A DNA stretch of 32,000 bases. Origin: Nostoc sp. PCC 7120 = FACHB-418. GTDB taxonomy: Bacteria > Cyanobacteriota > Cyanobacteriia > Cyanobacteriales > Nostocaceae. The translations under genes and the position numbers were made by a program. The stretch covers positions 330,001-362,000 of the forward strand of contig NC_003276.1 in assembly GCF_000009705.1 (NCBI RefSeq). Reading direction: 5' to 3'. Shown here one piece after another: positions 9,491 through 15,956 of this stretch (its first letter is position 1; each line of letters starts with the position of its first letter). The notes beneath the pieces were generated by a model. The model did no database searches. It had not been told where the DNA came from and worked only from the letters and a program-made list of their open reading frames with translations.

Positions 9491-10705
9491 ATGCATTTAA
9501 GGCAAAATATTATCGAAATTTTTTCCACCTTTATGCTATTTAAAGGTGATAGTTTTGACCATTGGGTTACTGATTCTAAGCTGCGACGGAGTATGCACAA
9601 TTGTGTAGAAGAGTCTTCTAAGCAAGAGTCAGAAATATTTTGGGCTATTTACTGGCATCGGATTTGGCAAACGCAAGCAAGTCCAATTGCAGTTGCTCAT
9701 ATTGCAGCCTATTTACAGGAAGTTTGTTACTGGGTTGCGAGAAAAATGAAAATGAATGTACTAGGTCAACATTCTGTCGCTGATTTTTTCCAAACAGCGA
9801 TCGCTCGTGTTGATAAAGTTATGAAAGGCTTTAACCCACAATTGGGTTCAAATTTGAAAATCTATGCAGAATACACCTTTAGCAATCTGATTAAAGATTT
9901 GTTACGCAAGCGTCAAGAAGTTGATATCTGTACTGACTGGGGATTGCTGCACAAACTGAGTCAAAAGCGTTTGGTAGAATCTCTCAAACAGGCAGGTTAT
10001 CCATCCCAAATCATTGAGCGTTATGTTCTAGCTTGGAGTTGTTTCTTGCAATTTTATGCGCCCCACGATGTTGCAACTGCTCACAAACTCATTAAACCAG
10101 ATAATTTGACATTACAGGCGATCGCACAACTTTACAACACCGAACGTCTCAGTCAGCTAAGTTCTCCCAGTCCAGCCTGCACTCCAGAAAGTTTGGAAAC
10201 TTGGTTAGTTACTTGTGCTAAAGCAGTGCGTTCCTTTCAATATCCCACCTCAGTTTCTCTGGATATTCCTGCACCTGGACAAGAAACGGGCGAATTACTC
10301 GACCGACTGACGAACAATTTTCAAGACTCGGTGTTAGATGAAATAATTATCCAAGAAGAAGTAGAAAACATTGCGTTGCGGAGTACAGAAATTAATCGAG
10401 TTTTGAGCGATGCGCTGGCAAAATTAGATCCCCAAGCTCAAGTACTTCTGCAAACATACTACAAGCAAGAATTAACCCAGCAGCAAATTGCTCAACAGCT
10501 AGGAATCAAACAATATACAGTTTCTCGGCAACTAACTAAAATCAAAAAGACATTACTAGTAGAGTTAGCCCAGTGGAGTCAAAAAACACTGCATATTCCG
10601 GTGAAATCTGACGTAATCGACAGTATGAGTAATTCTCTAGAAGAATGGTTGATTGCTCAGTATCGCCCTCTCATTTTGTTGTCGCCAGTGGAGTCTTTAA
10701 AATGA
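9491..10705 (+). CDS. Sigma-70 family-like protein (atypical, 404 aa)
   Basis: Region 2-like segment GFNPQLGSNLKIYAEYTFSNLIKDLLRKRQ. C-terminal region 4 helix-turn-helix LLQTYYKQELTQQQIAQQLGIKQYTVSRQLTKIKKTLL. The gene is divergent from the CHAT-CHASE2 gene across 580 bp. Confidence 0.7.
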   Translation: MHLRQNIIEIFSTFMLFKGDSFDHWVTDSKLRRSMHNCVEESSKQESEIFWAIYWHRIWQTQASPIAVAHIAAYLQEVCYWVARKMKMNVLGQHSVADFFQTAIARVDKVMKGFNPQLGSNLKIYAEYTFSNLIKDLLRKRQEVDICTDWGLLHKLSQKRLVESLKQAGYPSQIIERYVLAWSCFLQFYAPHDVATAHKLIKPDNLTLQAIAQLYNTERLSQLSSPSPACTPESLETWLVTCAKAVRSFQYPTSVSLDIPAPGQETGELLDRLTNNFQDSVLDEIIIQEEVENIALRSTEINRVLSDALAKLDPQAQVLLQTYYKQELTQQQIAQQLGIKQYTVSRQLTKIKKTLLVELAQWSQKTLHIPVKSDVIDSMSNSLEEWLIAQYRPLILLSPVESLK

Positions 10706-11853
10706 TTTTTGATGTCACCTCAATTCCTGAACAGCTCACCTTGGAAATTTCGTTATCATCGCAAACCCTAGAATTACAAGGTTTTTCCACATCAGGCGCA
10801 CGCTGGCGAGGTCGTCTTAACCAAATGTGCTTAGATGCATTTTTACTGTGGTTGAGAGAAGAAGTTGAAAATGCCAGAGTTTGGACTCAAACAGCAGCGT
10901 TACCTAGCTTTTGGGAATTTGTAAATGGAACTGCGATCGCTTGTGAAGAGATAAGATTAGTATTGATTCCCACAACGGCAATAGATACAGACGAATTGCG
11001 CGTACCCCAAGAATGGGTAGATATTCCCGATTGGGTTGCTGATTATTATATTGCAGTACAAGTTAATCCTAATGGTGGCTGGGTGACAATTTGCGGATAT
11101 ACCACCCATCGTCAATTGAAAACTAAAGGGGTTTATGATGCAAGCGATCGCGCTTACTGTTTAGATGAAAATGATTTAATTAAAGACATCAATGGTTTGT
11201 GGATTACCCGACAACTTTGTCCAGAGGAAATTTTACGTGAGTCAGTTGCACCTTTACCGACATTACCTTTAGCACAAGCAGAAAACTTACTCGAACGATT
11301 AGGTAATTCTGAAGTAGTCTTTCCGCGTTTAGCAATTCCCTTTGAACTTTGGGGTGCATTATTAACACATGGCGGCTGGCGACAAGGGTTGTACGAACGA
11401 CGACAAGGGCTGCCTGAACAGTGGTCAATTCAGGAATGGTTGCAAGCAGGAGTATCGAATTTAGCACAGCAGCTTGGTTGGGGAATGACTAGATTGCAAT
11501 TAGCTGCTCGTGGTCTGCGAAGCCGAGAAACTGATGAATCAAGTGTCTCTTTGTCCCGGCAGTTGACACTTGCTGGTCAAGCTTACGAGTTGCGCGTATT
11601 TCAAAGAGGTAACTTAGAAGACAATATATGGCGGTTTGAATTACGCAATGCAAATCCAGATGCAATGATTCCAGCAGGATTTAGACTCAGACTGTTAACC
11701 GAAGATTTACAGCCTTTTGTTAATAATGAGGATACAGCAACAGAAGCGATATCTCAGCTTTATATCGATGTAGAGTTGGAGCCAGGAGAGGGTTTAGTAT
11801 GGGAAATTGAGCCAACACCGGATGACTATGATAGAGAAATTTTACGGTTTTGA
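10702..11853 (+). CDS. DUF1822-like protein (cytoplasmic, 383 aa)
   Basis: I chose the ATG at 10702 because it forms an ATGA overlap with the sigma-like stop codon (10703-10705); the longer ORF from 10645 would overlap by 61 nt. There is no signal peptide or TM helix. Motifs such as RVPQEWVDIPDWVADYYIAVQVNP match my recollection of the cyanobacterial DUF1822 family, which usually sits next to a sigma-like gene. Confidence 0.65.
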   Translation: MIFDVTSIPEQLTLEISLSSQTLELQGFSTSGARWRGRLNQMCLDAFLLWLREEVENARVWTQTAALPSFWEFVNGTAIACEEIRLVLIPTTAIDTDELRVPQEWVDIPDWVADYYIAVQVNPNGGWVTICGYTTHRQLKTKGVYDASDRAYCLDENDLIKDINGLWITRQLCPEEILRESVAPLPTLPLAQAENLLERLGNSEVVFPRLAIPFELWGALLTHGGWRQGLYERRQGLPEQWSIQEWLQAGVSNLAQQLGWGMTRLQLAARGLRSRETDESSVSLSRQLTLAGQAYELRVFQRGNLEDNIWRFELRNANPDAMIPAGFRLRLLTEDLQPFVNNEDTATEAISQLYIDVELEPGEGLVWEIEPTPDDYDREILRF

Positions 11854-11993
11854 GTACAAAATTTATTCTGACTTATGATGTCATGTTCGGCTCAATACAA
11901 GTCAATACGGTGTTCAGCCGGGATACTTGCAAGTGCGATTTGTTCTGGAGAAACCCAATACACTTCAAAATGAGCAACAAAACCCTGATGTAG

Positions 11994-12013
11994 AGACGCG
12001 ATTTATCGCGTCT
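11994..12013. repeat. Short palindromic hairpin repeat AGACGCGATTTATCGCGTCT
   Basis: A 9-bp perfect stem with a 2-nt loop, in the convergent gap between the DUF1822 and FHA genes. A second, slightly degenerate copy lies at 15937-15956 (18/20 match) and shares the TGTA flank. Confidence 0.5.
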
Positions 12014-12062
12014 TGAAAGACCAATCATCTACACCAATAACCCTTAACCCAAGCATATTGTT

Positions 12063-14129
12063 TTATAAGCGATTAACCGAACATGATATGACTCCTGACT
12101 CCTGAATTCTCATTTCATTTAGTACTTGTTGAGCCACAAGCTGAACATCACCTCGCTTATCTACTAGCCATCTCTGAGCCTCGACAATTGGCTGTTGATT
12201 TTCAGCTAAAGTTGTTTTTGCTTGGGTGTTTGTCTCATTTCCTATCTCTTCATCCAGCGTCACCCATTGGGTAATAACTGCTCTTTGACGCAATGGTTCA
12301 CTGGGACTTAAAGGCATTCCTCCACGTCCGGTGACAACAAAACTATTACTTTGCCCACGTCTAGGAGTGCAGCCCTGAGCGATTTGCTGTGATGCATCAA
12401 CCAAATTTACAGGTAGTTCCACTAATCCCCGACTAGGGTCAACATCGGGTGTGTTAAGTTCTATACTGCCACTCAATTCCGGAGTTTTACCTCTAGCGGT
12501 AATGTCACTTGCGGAAGTACGTTCATTCTGCGACTGGGTGCCGAAGATGCCGATAGCTTTTACTCTGACCCGACCGCCACGAAAGTCATTGGAAGTGGCT
12601 GTGATATCGCTATTTTCAGATGCGACTAAGAATTTAGTGTCAATATTAACATCACCCCCAATCACATTTTCGCCAGTAGCGTCAGCAGTAATGTTGCTAT
12701 TTCGACGCAATAATACCAAATCTTTTACACGCAAGGTAATAGTTGCCTGTGTTTGATTAGGATCAGTATTGATGCTGCGAGTGTTAGCCGTCAAAGTGCC
12801 ATTGTCCAAATGAACAGAACTCGCATTGATAATTAAACTTCCTGCATTCCCTATTCCTCGACTTCTAACAAACATTCCAGCTCTATCCTTAACTAAAAGC
12901 TCACGGGTGTTTATAATCAAATTCCCCGCTTTACCTACACCAAATGTAGTAGCACTTATTGTTGCTCTATCTTTAAGGACTAATACCGGAGTGTTAATTG
13001 TCACCGAACCAGCCTTTCCTGCTCCAGAAGTTTGAGTAGATAAGATAGTATCAATCGGAAATTCTACAGGAGTGCCAATCAATTCCACGGAATCTAAGGC
13101 ATTTATTGTCAAATCTCCTCCCGAACCCGTGTCAAAGACTTGAGTTACTATAGATGCTCCTCCCTTCATAATTAATTGTTGGACATTAATGCTGACATTT
13201 CCACCCGGTGCTGAAGTGAAAGTATTTGCTCTGATGACAGAGGTTTCCAAATTTAACTGTGAGGCTCGGAAGGAAATTGCACTACTCTCTTGTTGACTTT
13301 GAATGTTGCTATCTTCTTCAGGAGTAATATTGACAAAACTTCTAAAAATTTGAATATCTCTAAAGTTGCTGACATTTTGATAGTTTAACGTCCAGCCTTG
13401 GTGTGTTTGATTGAGATTGACCTGATTAACTCCAGTGACACTACCTAATTCAATTCGTCCCCCTGGAGCGTTTAGAAAAGCTCTCTCTATGGTTACATTG
13501 CCACCGACAAGAGCTAAAGTTTTACCTAAAGGTACTCTGAGTCCCTGCCCCTCCTCGCTACTCAATTGTCCACCAATCCCCTGCACGCGAATATCTCCAG
13601 GATTCTCCCCAAATTGTAAGCCTGTAGGAATATTTATAGTTAATAAGGGTGTTTTTTGTGGAGCCGTTGCACTAAACTCAAAGCCATCAGCAAATTTCAA
13701 CCTATTAGCAGTGCTACCGACAAAGGAACCGCCAATATCCAACCGTGCATTCTGCCCAAAAATAATTCCATTAGGATTAATTAGAAATAGATTGGCTGTA
13801 GCGTTAGCGCGGATTAATCCGTCAATGTTAGAAACAGAGCCACCTGTTACCCGACTAATAATATTTTGAATATTTGTAGGATTATTAAAGAAAGCTGTAC
13901 CGCTAGTAGGCACAGAAAACTCTTGAAAACTGTGAAAAAGATTACTTCCTGCTTGAGTTCCTCTCTCAATAATGCGGGTGTTCCCCTCTGTTGTGATATT
14001 GGAATTAATTGGGAGAGTAGTATCCGGGGTGATTTGAGCTAGTGAGCAGTTTGACCAAAAAACTGTAGTGCTACTTATAGTAATTCCTAGTCCTTGCAGC
14101 CAATACCAATGTATAGATATCCCAGACAT
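12063..14129 (-). CDS. Filamentous-hemagglutinin N-terminal (TPS) domain beta-helix exoprotein, TpsA-like
   Basis: Signal peptide ending SLA/QITPD. Classic TPS domain: GTQAGSNLFHSFQEFSV, NIISRVTGGSVSNIDGLIRANATANLFLINPNGIIFG, ARLDIGGSFVGST. Degenerate beta-helix repeats follow. Conserved C-terminal CTPRRGQSNSFVVTGRGGMPLSPSEPL motif. GGAGAG precedes the ATG. Confidence 0.85.
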   Translation of the reverse strand: MSGISIHWYWLQGLGITISSTTVFWSNCSLAQITPDTTLPINSNITTEGNTRIIERGTQAGSNLFHSFQEFSVPTSGTAFFNNPTNIQNIISRVTGGSVSNIDGLIRANATANLFLINPNGIIFGQNARLDIGGSFVGSTANRLKFADGFEFSATAPQKTPLLTINIPTGLQFGENPGDIRVQGIGGQLSSEEGQGLRVPLGKTLALVGGNVTIERAFLNAPGGRIELGSVTGVNQVNLNQTHQGWTLNYQNVSNFRDIQIFRSFVNITPEEDSNIQSQQESSAISFRASQLNLETSVIRANTFTSAPGGNVSINVQQLIMKGGASIVTQVFDTGSGGDLTINALDSVELIGTPVEFPIDTILSTQTSGAGKAGSVTINTPVLVLKDRATISATTFGVGKAGNLIINTRELLVKDRAGMFVRSRGIGNAGSLIINASSVHLDNGTLTANTRSINTDPNQTQATITLRVKDLVLLRRNSNITADATGENVIGGDVNIDTKFLVASENSDITATSNDFRGGRVRVKAIGIFGTQSQNERTSASDITARGKTPELSGSIELNTPDVDPSRGLVELPVNLVDASQQIAQGCTPRRGQSNSFVVTGRGGMPLSPSEPLRQRAVITQWVTLDEEIGNETNTQAKTTLAENQQPIVEAQRWLVDKRGDVQLVAQQVLNEMRIQESGVISCSVNRL

Positions 14130-14274
14130 TGTACTCTCCTAGCATAAAAAGAAACTTTTGCTTGTAATATTTAAATAAATATATAAGTACCAACAAAAAC
14201 TACTACTTATGGATTGTTACTCTTTTACCCCAAACTTATCAGAAAGTGGTGACTAATATTTATTGATTTTGAGC

Positions 14275-14385
14275 TTATGCTTTTACTTTTTCAAAATCCA
14301 AACCACGAATTAGCAAAGCATAATGTCCATCCAGACGTAGAAGCTCTTCATGGGAACCTCGTTCAACTATTGTCCTGCCATGACA
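14275..14385 (-). pseudogene. Remnant of the 3' end of an ABC-transporter ATPase gene
   Basis: The minus strand reads CHGRTIVERGSHEELLRLDGHYALLIRGLDFEKVKA*, which matches the typical ABC ATPase C-terminus (G.IVE.GSHEELL...G.YA.L). An in-frame TGA lies directly upstream and there is no start codon. It sits immediately downstream of the HlyD stop. Confidence 0.5.
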
Positions 14386-14400
14386 TCAAGTCGTATTCGT

Positions 14401-15903
14401 TTATCTAACAGATTTTAAGTTTTCAGCTTTATCCACTAAGAAATCAGTAAAGATACTCATAACTGTGCGTTGACGCAATTTAATATTGCCATTAATAGAC
14501 ATCCCTGATTGCAATAGAATTTGGCGTTGATTAATCAGTAACTTCTGTCCATTGAGGCGTACTTTTGCAGAAAAACGCCAGAAATTATAAACTTCGTCTG
14601 GAGGTAGAGCATCAGAACCAATTTCAATTAACTCGCCTTTTATATCACCGTACTCTTGAAAAGGAAAAGAATCAATCCTCACATCTACTTGTTGCCCTTC
14701 TTGCACAAAGCCAATGTCACGGTTGGTGATGTAAACTTTAGCAACTAAGTTATCACTAGGAACGAGTTTAAGAATTGTTTCGCTGGAGTTGACAACAAAT
14801 CCTGCTGTTTGAGCTTTGAGTTCAAACACAGTTCCATCTACGGGAGCAGCAATTTTTTGATATTTCAACGTTTGTTGTGCTTGAGCTAACTCGCTGTCAA
14901 TCTCTGCAATTTGACTATTAATCTCATAAAGTCGTTTCTGATTTTCAATAATTACTTTAGTTAATTGACTATCAATTTCTGCAATTCTTTTATCATTATC
15001 TGTAATTTTAGCGAGTAAGTCTTCTTGAGACAGTGCCGCAGTATTCCGAAATTTTTCATTTGCTTGGGTAACGGCTAACTGTAATCGTTGCTTTTCTTGA
15101 GTTAGGCGCATTACTTCTGCTTGTTTCACATTTACTTCTTGCTCCTGTTTGAGGATTTGCATTCTGGGGTATGCACCCTCTTTATCTAGCATTTTGAGGT
15201 TTTGATAAATTTGGCGATTAATTACTAACACATCTTGAGCGCTACCTAATTGCGCTTGAGTTTGGAGTAATTGTTGTTGTGTCTGTTGCGTTTCTAACTT
15301 AGCTGTTGCCAAGCGTGATTCTAATTCTTGCTGGCGATTTTGCAAGCGTAACTGTTGTTCTCTTGTGAGTATTACTCCGGTAGTTGTGCCGTTTAATTGG
15401 GCGCGATATAATTCGTTTTCGGCAAAGATAGCAGATCGACTTTTAGTTAATAAAGCTAGTTCTGGTTGTATTTTTAAAATAGCTGTTTGCTGTGCTATTT
15501 GCTGCTGTGAAATATTTCCTTGCAACTGACGGCGGTAAAAATCATTTTCTAGTTCTAAAGACTGTTTTGATTGCAACTGAGCCGCGCGACTTTGTTTCAA
15601 GGAAGTAAGTTCTGCCTCAGAAGTTGTTTGTTCTAAGCTAACGAGTATTTCACCTTTTTTGACTCGTTGACCATCTTTAACTAGAATCTTTTTAACAACA
15701 CCGTTAACCGGAGCCTGAATTTCTTTAACTGCGCCTTGTGGTTCTAGTTTACCAGTAGCATGAACTGATTCTTCAATTTTAAATACTGATGCCCAAATTA
15801 TTGTAAAGACACTAACTCCAACGATAGTCCAAGCGATCGCCCTTGACCAAGTAGAAGTTTGTTGTAAAAGAACTGGTTGATCAAATTTGTATTGAATATT
15901 CAT
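14401..15903 (-). CDS. HlyD-family periplasmic adaptor (type I secretion membrane-fusion protein)
   Basis: N-terminal TM helix (WSRAIAWTIVGVSVFTIIWASVF). Lipoyl-like GKLEPQGAVKEIQAPVNGVVKKILVKDGQRVKKGEIL. A long Q/L-rich coiled coil. C-terminal beta-barrel segment (IAAPVDGTVFEL..., GMSINGNIKL). Confidence 0.85.
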   Translation of the reverse strand: MNIQYKFDQPVLLQQTSTWSRAIAWTIVGVSVFTIIWASVFKIEESVHATGKLEPQGAVKEIQAPVNGVVKKILVKDGQRVKKGEILVSLEQTTSEAELTSLKQSRAAQLQSKQSLELENDFYRRQLQGNISQQQIAQQTAILKIQPELALLTKSRSAIFAENELYRAQLNGTTTGVILTREQQLRLQNRQQELESRLATAKLETQQTQQQLLQTQAQLGSAQDVLVINRQIYQNLKMLDKEGAYPRMQILKQEQEVNVKQAEVMRLTQEKQRLQLAVTQANEKFRNTAALSQEDLLAKITDNDKRIAEIDSQLTKVIIENQKRLYEINSQIAEIDSELAQAQQTLKYQKIAAPVDGTVFELKAQTAGFVVNSSETILKLVPSDNLVAKVYITNRDIGFVQEGQQVDVRIDSFPFQEYGDIKGELIEIGSDALPPDEVYNFWRFSAKVRLNGQKLLINQRQILLQSGMSINGNIKLRQRTVMSIFTDFLVDKAENLKSVR

Positions 15904-15936
15904 AATAAATGGGGATGGGGCAGGGGGGAATTGTAC

Positions 15937-15956
15937 GGACGCAATTTATCGCGTCT
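15937..15956. repeat. Degenerate second copy of the AGACGCGATTTATCGCGTCT hairpin
   Basis: GGACGCAATTTATCGCGTCT matches 11994-12013 at 18/20 positions. It overlaps the last three codons (E-T-R) and the TAA stop of the ABC exporter gene. Confidence 0.4.

Noticed and set aside
15911-15928. G-rich tract GGGGATGGGGCAGGGGGG as a potential G-quadruplex
   Set aside because: It has only three separated G-runs, and a canonical intramolecular G4 needs four. It is noted only as a C-rich leader on the coding strand.
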